Origin: Longimicrobiales bacterium
GTDB lineage: Bacteria > Gemmatimonadota > Gemmatimonadetes > Longimicrobiales > Gaopeijiaceae
Length of the DNA: 64,000 bases
Reading direction: 5' to 3'
NCBI GenBank assembly: GCA_965248195.1
Contig: CBDFIQ010000002.1
Span: 416,001-480,000 of the forward strand
Below, one piece after another: positions 19,978 to 29,039 of this stretch (within the stretch, counting starts at the first letter, position 1; every line of letters begins with the position of its first letter). Under the pieces are notes generated by a model. The model saw only the letters and a program-made list of their open reading frames with translations. It had not been told where the DNA came from and searched no databases. The translations under genes and the position numbers were made by a program.

Positions 19978-21420
19978 ATGAACGTACTCCTCATCTCCTG
20001 CTATGAGCTCGGCCATCAGCCGTTCGGAGTAGCGTCCGCTGCCGCACACTTGATCGCGGAAGGGCGCCATCAAGTGGAATGCCTGGATCTCGCCGTCGAG
20101 GTTATCGACGAGGTCAAGGTCCGCCGGGCCGACTTTGTGGGGATCTCGACTCCCATGCACACGGCGATCCGACTCGGGGTCAAAGCCGGTGAGCTGGTCC
20201 GGGGATTGAATCCGCAGTGCCACATCTGCTACTTCGGGCTTTACGCTTCTCTTAACGAGGACTACCTCCTCAACAGCGTAGCCGATAGTGTGATCGGCGG
20301 TGAATTTGAGACGCCGCTCAGGCAGCACGTCGACTGCTTGGCCCAGAATGGATCGACTGGCCCGGGAGGTGTCTCGCTCTCGGAGCTGCGCGGTCCACCC
20401 AACCTGTCTCGACAGCAGTTTCTCCCGCCGGCGCGACATTTACTACCTCCCCTGGAGAAGTATGCCCGCCTGAGGACCTCCGAAGGCGAGCTCCGGCTGG
20501 TGGGATATGTCGAGGCCAGCCGCGGTTGTGCTCATCGGTGCCGGCACTGTCCGATCCCCGCTGTCTATGAGGGGAGGCTTCGCATAGTTCAACAGGAGGT
20601 CGTGCTCGCAGATATCGACAATCTCGTGCGCATGGGGGCGCAGCACATCGACTTTGGCGACCCGGATTTCCTGAACGGTGTGAAGCACTCGCTCGGGGTC
20701 GTTCGGGAGATGCGTAACCGCCACCCCGAACTGAGCTTCAACTTCACGGCCAAGATCGAGCACCTGATCCAGCATCGTGACGCGGTCATGGAGCTGGCGG
20801 CGCTCGGGTGCATCTTCGTCGTGTCCGCTGTGGAGAGTGTGGACGACCGTATTCTCGGGTATCTCGACAAGGGTCACACCCGAGATGACGTGGTCACTGC
20901 GCTGGAGATCACACGATCCGCCGACGTAGCCCTTCGCCCCTCGCTGTTGCCTTTCACGCCTTGGACGACGCTGTCGGGATATTTGGAGCTGCTCGAGTTC
21001 GTGCAGAAGCACGATTTGGTCTATCACCTCGATCCGGTGCAATACTCCATCAGACTCCTTCTGCCTCCAGGCTCATGGCTCCTCGATATCCCTGAGATCC
21101 AGCCCTCCTTGGGGAGGCTGGTTCAGAAGGACTTCGTGTACACCTGGCAGCATTCGGATCCCAAGGTGGACGCGCTACAACAGCAGGTCTCGCGAGTCGC
21201 TGAAGAAGCAGCCAACTCGGGTGAAGACCCGGCAACGACGTTCTACCGAATCAAGGAGCTTACCGTTGCGACCATTTTTGGCCGGTGGACCGTAGCCCAA
21301 CCCCGATACCGCCGTCGGAGTGTCCGATCACCGCACCTGACTGAAGCGTGGTTCTGCTGAGCTGAGCCGACCGAGAGTCAGTTCGGCTCTGTGGCGACGG
21401 TGACAGGATTGGAAAGCTAG
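19978..21420 (+). CDS. CUAEP-tail B12-binding radical SAM selenoprotein (TGA 21358 = Sec)
   Basis: CAHRCRHC; N-terminal B12-binding-like domain; WFC-TGA-AEPTESQF...TAG; hairpin GAGCCGA/TCGGCTC just after the TGA. Confidence 0.85.
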
Positions 21421-21424
21421 CGTC

Positions 21425-21679
21425 ATGGGCCATCATGCTTTTACGGTCGACGAGGCAAACGAGAAGCTTCCTGAGGTGCGGGCCGCCCTCAACCAGATCC
21501 AAAGCCTTCGCGACGTGGCACGCAGCAAGATGGACCAGCTGGCCGTGCTGGACGCTCTTTGGGGCGACCTGGTCTCCCAAAGTGCCAACCCGGATCACGA
21601 GGAGTACGCGCAGCATCGTCATTCTCTCTCGCCGAGGATGGCCACGGACCGCCGCACGGAGGAGACGATCTCGCGCTGA
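21425..21679 (+). pseudogene. DUF2203-like protein, C-terminally truncated
   Basis: FTVDEANEKLPEV N-terminus; runs into the antisense of the ATP-grasp gene. Confidence 0.55.
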
Positions 21680-22422
21680 ACACTCTCGGGGAGACGGGAA
21701 GGCGTCACAAGGATGGTCTCCTCGAAGAACGGCCCCTCCATGAGGTCCGGCTTGTCCAGCACGGCCAGGGTCTGCAGCTCGCCCCCCACCACGATCCCCT
21801 CCACGGCCACTTCGCCCCCCGGCATGTACGCTTCGATCAGGATCTCGGCCACGCCGTGGCCGCTGCGCGTGACTGCGTCGGGCTGCTCGAGGATCGCCCG
21901 AATCCGGCTCCAGGCCCGGCCGAACTCTTCGGGCGTGTCTGCGCGGATCACCCCGCGGCTGGCGGACAACGCGAGCGGCTTGAGAACGCAGGGATAGCGA
22001 GCCCTCGCCGCCGCTGCTTCCGCATCATCCTCGAAGGAGGCGACGTGGAACCAGGGGGACGGGAGTCCGGCCGCCTCGAGCCGCTGCCGCATGACCGCTT
22101 TGTTACGAGCGGACCGGACCGCCTCGGGAGGATGGTGCGTCAGCCCCAGGGCCTCCGATGCTGCCGCGGCCACCGCCGCGAAATCGTCTTCCGCCGCCAC
22201 GATGGCCGTCAGCGGATAGTCCGAGACGAACCGTACGATGCTGGCCACCGATCGGTCGATGTCCCCGACGCCGAGAGTGAGCGCTCCGCCAGGTGTTAGG
22301 TCGGCGAGGGCCTGGCGGTGATTCGAGCCAACCGTGACGTCCAGGTCCAGGCGGCGGGCCGCGGCGACAAAAGCCTCGGCGCGATACGAGGTTCGTGAAA
22401 GGAGGAGAAGGACCCTCGACAC
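21619..22422 (-). pseudogene. ATP-grasp protein, C-terminally truncated
   Basis: ARNKAVMR, YPCVLKPLALSASRGVIR, DKPDLMEGPFFEET; stops before the C-terminal catalytic region. Confidence 0.7.
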
Positions 22423-22446
22423 GATAGGCCCTCCGTCGGGTTCCGG

Positions 22447-23058
22447 TTATTTGGACGCGCTGATGTAGGGATTCTCGCCGTCGCCGTGGTTGGTTACGTC
22501 CTCGATGCCCTCGATCTCCGGCACCTGCTCCCGAAGGATCCGCTCGATTCCCTGGCTCAGCGTCACCGAAGCCATCCCGCACCCCTGGCAACCCCCACCC
22601 ATCTGGAGGTAGACGATCTTGTCCCTGACTTCCACCAGCGTCACCTGTCCGCCGTGCTGGGCCACCCCGGGGTTCACGAACTGGTCGATGGCCTGCCGAA
22701 CCCGGTCGGCCAGTGGCCCTTCCAATGGCTTCGAGCCGATGGGCGCCAGGTTCGGGTTCTCCACCTTGAACCCGCTCTCGGTCAGGGTCTCCATCCAGTC
22801 GACGCGAGCGCCATCGAGGAGCTTCGCACTCTCGGGCTCCATCACGACCTCGAAGCCGTAGCCGTCGAACACCAGGTCTTCCGAGCATATTTCACCGGGC
22901 TCGATCATCGTGATCTCGTAGCGCGGATCGAGCGGGCTTGGGCTCGCGACTTGGATTCGGACCGCAAAGTTTGTGTCCTCGTTCGCCTGCAGGAACTGGC
23001 GGACCGTGTCGCGCGCGAGGGCCGTGAATTCGACGGGCGCCTTCGTGGTGTCTCTCAT
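22447..23058 (-). CDS. nfuA: NfuA-type Fe-S carrier (degenerate A-type + NifU C domain)
   Basis: GFKVENPN, VNPGVAQHGG, GGGCQGC, DVTNHGDGENPY. Confidence 0.88.
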   Translation of the reverse strand: MRDTTKAPVEFTALARDTVRQFLQANEDTNFAVRIQVASPSPLDPRYEITMIEPGEICSEDLVFDGYGFEVVMEPESAKLLDGARVDWMETLTESGFKVENPNLAPIGSKPLEGPLADRVRQAIDQFVNPGVAQHGGQVTLVEVRDKIVYLQMGGGCQGCGMASVTLSQGIERILREQVPEIEGIEDVTNHGDGENPYISASK

Positions 23059-23528
23059 TGTATAGGTGCCGGCTCTGGGCTGGTCGATGGATGGGCAAGA
23101 CCTAGTCTAGCGGAGTAGATGGCCGCCGCTCGGGCCGCATGTTCTTTCATTTTTAGGGTCATCGAGTAGAAGCCGTTTCTTCGGTTGACCGAGAGATGCT
23201 GCTCCAGCTCCAGCCGCTCGAAGAGTCCTTCTACGTCGGTCGAAAGGATCTCTTCCGGCGTCTTGCCATTGTACATCATGAGAAGCACGCCGATGAGCCC
23301 TTTGACGATGTGCGCGTCGCTGTCGCCCCGAAACACAACTTCGGACGACTCGGAGCCCTCGACGGTCACGAGCCAGACCTGACTCAGACATCCTGGAACC
23401 AGGTGCTCTTGATCCCTGAATTCCTCCGGGTACGGCTCCAGCTTCCGCCCAAGCTGGATGAGGTATCGATAGCGGTCCTCCGAGGAGCGCAACCTATTGA
23501 AGCGCTCGGCGAATTCGTCGGGGGTCAT
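23055..23528 (-). CDS. sufE: SufE sulfur acceptor
   Basis: RYRYLIQLGRKL, VPGCLSQVW, DSDAHIVKGL, LSVNRRNG. Confidence 0.9.
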   Translation of the reverse strand: MTPDEFAERFNRLRSSEDRYRYLIQLGRKLEPYPEEFRDQEHLVPGCLSQVWLVTVEGSESSEVVFRGDSDAHIVKGLIGVLLMMYNGKTPEEILSTDVEGLFERLELEQHLSVNRRNGFYSMTLKMKEHAARAAAIYSARLGLAHPSTSPEPAPIQ

Positions 23529-23550
23529 GGGTGGCGGTTGTCGTAGAGGG

Positions 23551-23877
23551 TCAAACCGTGAACGAGCTCCCGCACCCACAGCCGCCGCTCGCCTTGGGAT
23601 TCTGGAAGGTGAAGCCCTGACCCATCATGTTCGTGACGTAGTCGATCTCGACACCTTCCAAGTACTGTGCGCTGAACGCGTCCACGAACACCTTCACGCC
23701 GTTGACGTCGAGCACTTCGTCGTCCGCCTCGGGACCGTCCTCGACGTTCAAACCGTACTGAAAGCCGGAGCACCCACCGGGTAGCACCGCAACGCGGAGT
23801 CCAGCGTCACCCTCGACTCCGTGCTCCTGTATGAAGTCCTGGACCTTCTCGACCGCCGAAGTCGTCATCGTGACCAT
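23551..23877 (-). CDS. A-type Fe-S carrier (IscA/ErpA/HesB)
   Basis: GGCSGFQY, CGCGSSF. Confidence 0.93.
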   Translation of the reverse strand: MVTMTTSAVEKVQDFIQEHGVEGDAGLRVAVLPGGCSGFQYGLNVEDGPEADDEVLDVNGVKVFVDAFSAQYLEGVEIDYVTNMMGQGFTFQNPKASGGCGCGSSFTV

Positions 23878-23929
23878 GGCCCTGACGTCCTCCTGGTATC
23901 TCACTCCACCTCGCCTTTTGTTGTCTCAA

Positions 23930-23994
23930 TAGTAGTGATACGAAACTATCTTGACCATACTTAGATTAGACGAAGTGGTTTCGTATAGCTACTA
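23930..23994. promoter_or_regulatory. 19-bp imperfect inverted repeat upstream of the Fe-S carrier operon
   Basis: TAGTAGTGATACGAAACTA ... TGGTTTCGTATAGCTACTA (16/19), 27-bp spacer. Confidence 0.55.
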
Positions 23995-24059
23995 AATGGC
24001 TGTCGTTCTGATCCTCATTTTGAGCGCATGAGCGAGGGGGAAACCTGCTAGGCCTCTGG

Positions 24060-24626
24060 TCAGGCGTCCCGCATGAAGTGCGAGCAGAACAGCTCCAGTT
24101 CGGCCGGCTCTATAACGGCACCGAAGTAACGGCACCGGAACGTATCGCCGTCCTCGCATCTCTTCAGGTGGCCGCAGGTGGCGCAGGTGCCAAACTCCTT
24201 CCCACCGCGCCGCTCTGCGAGCCTAGCCAACACGCGGAAGAGCCCGCTCGCCACTTCGGCGCGCTCTCGGGGTGACAGCTGACCGACGGCTTCGACGACA
24301 TCGTTCAGCGGATCTTCGCGCAATGCCGCCTGCGCCCTTTCCGTCAGGTCAAGTCGGGTACTTCTACCGTCCAGCGAAGAGCGGCTTCGCCCAAGATACC
24401 CGCTCTTCACGAGCCCCTTCACCGTCTGGGACGCAGTGCCTCGAGTGGTCGCGTGAAAGTCTGCGAAGCCCGAGACTGTTCGTGAAAACGAGTTTGCCCG
24501 TGAGAAATAGCGCAGGACTGACCATTGCGCGGCCGTCAGTCCTGCGGCACCGACCCCGCCGTACGCGTGCCGCCCGAGAAGGCAGATGACCTCGGCAAGA
24601 ACCCGTTCATTGATGTCTTCGTCCAT
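24060..24626 (-). CDS. MarR-family regulator with Cys-rich C-terminus
   Basis: LTAAQWSVLRYF, DGRSTRLDLT, FGTCATCGH...C...C...C. Confidence 0.85.
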   Translation of the reverse strand: MDEDINERVLAEVICLLGRHAYGGVGAAGLTAAQWSVLRYFSRANSFSRTVSGFADFHATTRGTASQTVKGLVKSGYLGRSRSSLDGRSTRLDLTERAQAALREDPLNDVVEAVGQLSPRERAEVASGLFRVLARLAERRGGKEFGTCATCGHLKRCEDGDTFRCRYFGAVIEPAELELFCSHFMRDA

Positions 24627-24775
24627 CGCTAAAATGATAGCGTTTCCCAATCGAATTCACCACGCCCGTGCGGGGACCGGTGACCGACCAACCCGAGTTG
24701 ACACGCGTGCGCTGACAAAAGTAGTTTGGAATCGCTATCATATGTTAAAAATGAATGGGTACTTCGCTGGTTTGC

Positions 24776-25009
24776 ATGACTTACATCATTGCTGAGCCCT
24801 GCATCGGTACAAAGGATGCGAGCTGCGTTGAAGTGTGCCCCGTTGACTGCATCTACGAGGGTGAGGATCAATTCTATATCCACCCAGACGAGTGCATCGA
24901 TTGCGGGGCGTGCGAGCCGGAGTGTCCGGTCACGGCGATCTTCCCGGACACCGAGATTCCGGCCGACCAGACCAGTTACCTCGAGAAGAACAGGAGCCAT
25001 TTTGATTGA
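24776..25009 (+). CDS. Dicluster ferredoxin
   Basis: [29 protein letters not shown]. Confidence 0.95.
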   Translation: MTYIIAEPCIGTKDASCVEVCPVDCIYEGEDQFYIHPDECIDCGACEPECPVTAIFPDTEIPADQTSYLEKNRSHFD

Positions 25010-25088
25010 GAGATTCGCAGAGCGCCGTACCCCGGCTGTACGATCATGGTGGTCACTTGAGCTAGGGCCGATCCACTAGGGGGCTGAT

Positions 25089-25598
25089 GTGCCGCGAGTA
25101 CCGTTCGATGCGCTGCCGGGTCATGGCCGCCTCTGGGTCTTTCCGGCGAACCGGACTCTGACCCACGTCGAGGCCCGGGCGTGCCTGGAGGTGGTCGACG
25201 AGTTTTTGGCCTCCTGGGCCGCGCACGGGGTGCCCCTGAAATCGGGTCGGGAACTGCGCGAAGGCCGCTTCCTGCTCGTGGGTGTGGACGTCGATGCGGG
25301 GACGCCCTCGGGTTGCTCGATTGACGCGCTCGTGAATCGCCTGAGGGATTTTGGCGGAGAGCTCGGCGTCACGCTGATCGATCATGCGCCCGTCTCGTTC
25401 CGGGACGCGACCGAGATCCGGACTCTGTCGCGCGCCGAGTTCCGGGCTCTCGCGGCAGACGGAGGAATCGGACCCGACGTGCCCGTGTTCGACACGAGCC
25501 TGACGCGTGTGGAGCAAGCTCGGGCGGGCGCGCTTGAGCGGCCGGCAACCGAGACCTGGCACGGTCAGGCTTTCTTCGGGGACCGGGTCCGGAGCTGA
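25089..25598 (+). CDS. Conserved hypothetical protein
   Basis: RLWVF, WAAHG, SGCSID motifs. Confidence 0.7.
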   Translation: MPRVPFDALPGHGRLWVFPANRTLTHVEARACLEVVDEFLASWAAHGVPLKSGRELREGRFLLVGVDVDAGTPSGCSIDALVNRLRDFGGELGVTLIDHAPVSFRDATEIRTLSRAEFRALAADGGIGPDVPVFDTSLTRVEQARAGALERPATETWHGQAFFGDRVRS

Positions 25599-25712
25599 GC
25601 GTAGGCTTCTCGGTTCGAGGAGCCGAAGCAGGCGGAGTTTTGGAACAGGACGCCGCCGAACCTCATGCGATGACCTTGATGTCCACATACGGATTCAGGC
25701 GTCGGTGAGAAA

Positions 25713-25886
25713 GCTGTAACAAAACCTGTAACAGCGCTGGCGAGCGCCCACGAGCGCAGAATCGGCTAAATCCCCCGATTTCCAGCGCCCACGAGCGCCC
25801 ACGAGCGGTAGTCTCATATCTGATAAGCGTGAGGTCGGTAGTTCGAGTCTACCCAGGCCCATTGATGGAAATTGAAGCCCCGTAAG
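25713..25886 (+). repeat. att site 3: long left arm + perfect 42-nt tRNA-Ile 3' copy (25820-25861) + truncated class B arm
   Basis: GCTGTAACAAAACCTGTAACA, three GCGCCCACGAGC units, CTCATAT, core identical to 3374-3415. Confidence 0.95.
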
Positions 25887-25985
25887 GAGATCGAGGGCGA
25901 CGTCATGCATACGGTGAATCTAGCACAGAGGCGCTTGCCCCTACTGGAGGATCTTCGGTCGTACCCGTACGAGGATCCCGAGACT

Positions 25986-26336
25986 CTAGAAGGCGCTCGA
26001 GACTATTGCGAAGAAGTAAAGAGCGACCAGCACCGCGACGACGATCACCCAGCGCAGAGCCGTCGTATGGACCCTGTGCGCGTGCTTCCGGGGCTCGCTG
26101 AAGAGATAATCGGCTTCGCTGAAGGGTCTCCTGGCCGTCGGCCTGACGCTGACGGACGCGAAGCCGGCACCAAGTTCTCTCAGGGTAGCCGAGAGTCGCC
26201 GAGCCTCACGGATTCGCTGCCTAAGGCGTGGGGATAGGAGCAAGGCTGTCCCAAGCGGGATCCGCAGAAACCATGGCAGCTCTCCATCGGCGTATCGCAT
26301 GACGACCTCATCCGTGATTCTGGGCCCGAGCATCAC
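25986..26336 (-). CDS. Anti-sigma-factor-like membrane protein
   Basis: ITDEVVMRYADGEL N-terminus, C-terminal TM; no intact sigma gene beside it. Confidence 0.5.
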   Translation of the reverse strand: MMLGPRITDEVVMRYADGELPWFLRIPLGTALLLSPRLRQRIREARRLSATLRELGAGFASVSVRPTARRPFSEADYLFSEPRKHAHRVHTTALRWVIVVAVLVALYFFAIVSSAF

Positions 26337-26505
26337 TCATGACTTCTTGTCGAGGGGCGTTCGAGCGTCATCACCGGGCCGCCAAAGCCGTGCGCGCCTC
26401 ACCCCACCGACGTCCTCTCGCGGATTCCGTTGGCCTCCTCCCATCTCCAGCTGAACTCGACCCGGTAATGGCGACTAAGGTCGCTCCTGAGGGGGGAGGC
26501 ACACA

Positions 26506-27759
26506 ATGCGTGAACTTCTAAAATCCGTGGTCATGCTCACCTGGATTATCTGCGGACACGTCGCGTGTGCCCAGACGGCCGCGCCGCCAGAGCAGGGAGC
26601 TTCGGAGCAAGGGACATCCGCCACTATTTTTGAGTATGAGTCGACAGGTGAGCTTCCCTCAGTCGAAGTCGATCCTGATTCTGGCAACCGTCTTCCTCTG
26701 GTCCGCCGAGAAGACCTGGACGAGCAGGGTCAGCAGGCGTACGACGCCGCCGTCAGTGCGGCTGGAGAACTGCGGGGAGCGGCCGCGATACGCCTTCACG
26801 GGTCTGGGGTGAACGTCCGCTGGGAGTCACCGCTCGGCCGCCGGCTGACGGAGCTGGCAATCTTGACCCAGGCGCGCGAGTATCACCAGCCGTATGAATG
26901 GTCGCTTCACGAAATGGAGGCTGTCGCGGTCGGGTTGGAACCTGAGATTATTGACGTCGTCCGCTACCAGCGACCGATGGCGCGTTCCGTCCCAGGACTC
27001 GGCGATAGGGAAGCCGTCATTATCCAGATGGGTCGTGAGCTTTGCGGCGAGTACACACTGAGTCCGGAAACGTACGCGCGCACGCTACAGCTCTTGGGCA
27101 AGAGCAATTTCGTCGATGTCGCTGGCTTGATGGCCCAGTATGCGGGAACGGCTACGCGGCTGACGGCGGTGAACCAGCACATGCCCCCTGGCTGGAAAGA
27201 CTTCCTGCCACTACCGTTCACCCGCCCGGCGGACATACACCCGGACACGCGCAGCCGCCTGCCTCTCGTCTTACGTCCGACCCAGACGCAGCAGGCGGCA
27301 ACGCCGGAGAATCCTGGACTCTACCGCCGCTCGCTGGCCCCCGAAGGTACGGGACCGGGACAAATCGGGCGGCACGGTGCCGGCTTGGCGTCTCTAGAAG
27401 CCAGCGTCGGCCGGCGGCTCATGGGTCTAGCCGTTCTCGTGACGTCTCGTCCCCACAACCAGCAATATCACTGGACCATCAATGAGCGCGCCGCACGCCG
27501 CGACGGCCTGGAGGCTGCCGTCATCGACGTCGTTCGCGATAACCGGCCGGCAACCGGCTTGGATGAACCGGAGGCGGCGTTGATCGCATTCGGCCGGGAA
27601 TTGTTTGGTCAGCGGAACATTAGTGCAGAGACCTACGCGCAGGCCTTGCGGGTCTTCGGCCAAACGGATCTCTCAGATTTCATTACCTTGATGGCTCAGC
27701 ATGCATCGGAGTTACCCTTGTTAATCGCGTTCGATCAGCAGGGGCGGGAAACGGAGTAG
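26506..27759 (+). CDS. Secreted tandem carboxymuconolactone-decarboxylase/AhpD-like protein
   Basis: Signal peptide; two repeats RLTELAILTQAR..YEWSLHE and RLMGLAVLVTSR..YHWTINE. Confidence 0.7.
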   Translation: MRELLKSVVMLTWIICGHVACAQTAAPPEQGASEQGTSATIFEYESTGELPSVEVDPDSGNRLPLVRREDLDEQGQQAYDAAVSAAGELRGAAAIRLHGSGVNVRWESPLGRRLTELAILTQAREYHQPYEWSLHEMEAVAVGLEPEIIDVVRYQRPMARSVPGLGDREAVIIQMGRELCGEYTLSPETYARTLQLLGKSNFVDVAGLMAQYAGTATRLTAVNQHMPPGWKDFLPLPFTRPADIHPDTRSRLPLVLRPTQTQQAATPENPGLYRRSLAPEGTGPGQIGRHGAGLASLEASVGRRLMGLAVLVTSRPHNQQYHWTINERAARRDGLEAAVIDVVRDNRPATGLDEPEAALIAFGRELFGQRNISAETYAQALRVFGQTDLSDFITLMAQHASELPLLIAFDQQGRETE

Positions 27760-27791
27760 TCGGCAGGCTTCAGCCGTGGGCGTCGGAACTA

Positions 27792-28605
27792 GGGTCTGTT
27801 AACACTAAGGGCAATTTGTAGTATATTGGGGCTATGAAAATCACAGAGTCCCAATATCGTCGGATAGAGGCTTGCTTTCCGCATCAGCGCGGCAATGTGA
27901 GCATCTCCAATCTCGAAGTGCTTAACGCGATCCTGTATGTGGCCGAACACGGCTGCAAATGGCGGGGGTTGCCTCCGCGTTTCGGTAACTGGCATACGAT
28001 CTACACCCGAATGAATCGCTGGGCCAGGGCAGGTGTGCTGGATCGTGTCTTTGCGGCCCTGCAAGACGAGCAAATTATCCGGATCAAGATCCAAGCTCTG
28101 TCGATCGACAGTACCATCGTCAAGGTGCACCCTGATGGCACCGGCGCTCTAAAAAAAAACGGCCCGCAGGCCATCGGCAAGTCGCGTGGAGGCTGGACCA
28201 CCAAGATTCATATGGTTGCCGCAGATGCTCGAACCGCGATAACCTTCTCGCTATCGCCAGGCCACAAGCACGACGCGCCGGAAGGACGGGAACTGCTACG
28301 CACGTTGAAGCCGGTACATTCCACAGTGTCCATGATCATGGACCGGGCGTACGAGGGGGGCGAAACACGGCAATTGGTGTTGGAGCTGGGGTTTACGCCG
28401 GTCGTGCCACCCAAGCAGGGCCGTGTTAACCCGTGGCAGTATGACCGAGTCATGTATCGCCGTCGTAACGAAATAGAGCGGTTATTTCGGCGACTCAAAG
28501 GCTTCAGAAGAATCTTCTCCCGCTTTGACAAGCTCGACGTGATGTTTACCGCCTTCATCCACTTCGCGCTCATCGTCGAAGCCCTCAGATAGTGTTAACA
28601 GGCCC
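27792..28605 (+). mobile_element. IS5-family element (IS427-like), copy 1
   Basis: IRs GGGTCTGTTAACACT / AGTGTTAACAGGCCC; TA duplication. Confidence 0.93.
27834..28592 (+). CDS. IS5 transposase, single fused ORF
   Basis: GCKWRGLP, IDSTIV, GKSRGGWTTKIH, DRAYE, RRNEIERLF. Confidence 0.92.
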   Translation: MKITESQYRRIEACFPHQRGNVSISNLEVLNAILYVAEHGCKWRGLPPRFGNWHTIYTRMNRWARAGVLDRVFAALQDEQIIRIKIQALSIDSTIVKVHPDGTGALKKNGPQAIGKSRGGWTTKIHMVAADARTAITFSLSPGHKHDAPEGRELLRTLKPVHSTVSMIMDRAYEGGETRQLVLELGFTPVVPPKQGRVNPWQYDRVMYRRRNEIERLFRRLKGFRRIFSRFDKLDVMFTAFIHFALIVEALR

Positions 28606-29039
28606 TAATACAACACTCCGTATTTGTGGCCGCCGCCATTGGACTCAGGCTGCCTCTCGACCTGTCCGAACTGCGGGATCTCGGGACCGAGCGGCGAGTC
28701 GCACACGCCGAGCGCGGGGATGATCGCGAACACGGCGATTATCGGTCGCTGCCTTTGCAAAGTTAGGCCTACCCCCTGCAAAGAGGATCTAGGGAGTCGG
28801 CGTTTGGGTCTCCCTAGAATCATCGACTTGATGTCCCGAACGGACCCCACCGGCAAGGCCTGCAGCGATAGTCTTCCTTGGCCCGCGGGTGGCATTTGGC
28901 GCTGCAAGCAGCCCCGGACACTGACCGGACCCAGGGACGTACCCTGGACGTGGGTCGGTCTGGGCAACATTATGACGCTCCAAGCTCTGCACCGCTCATC
29001 GGGGCCGCCGCACGGCCTCATGCCCGATGGAGGAGACTG

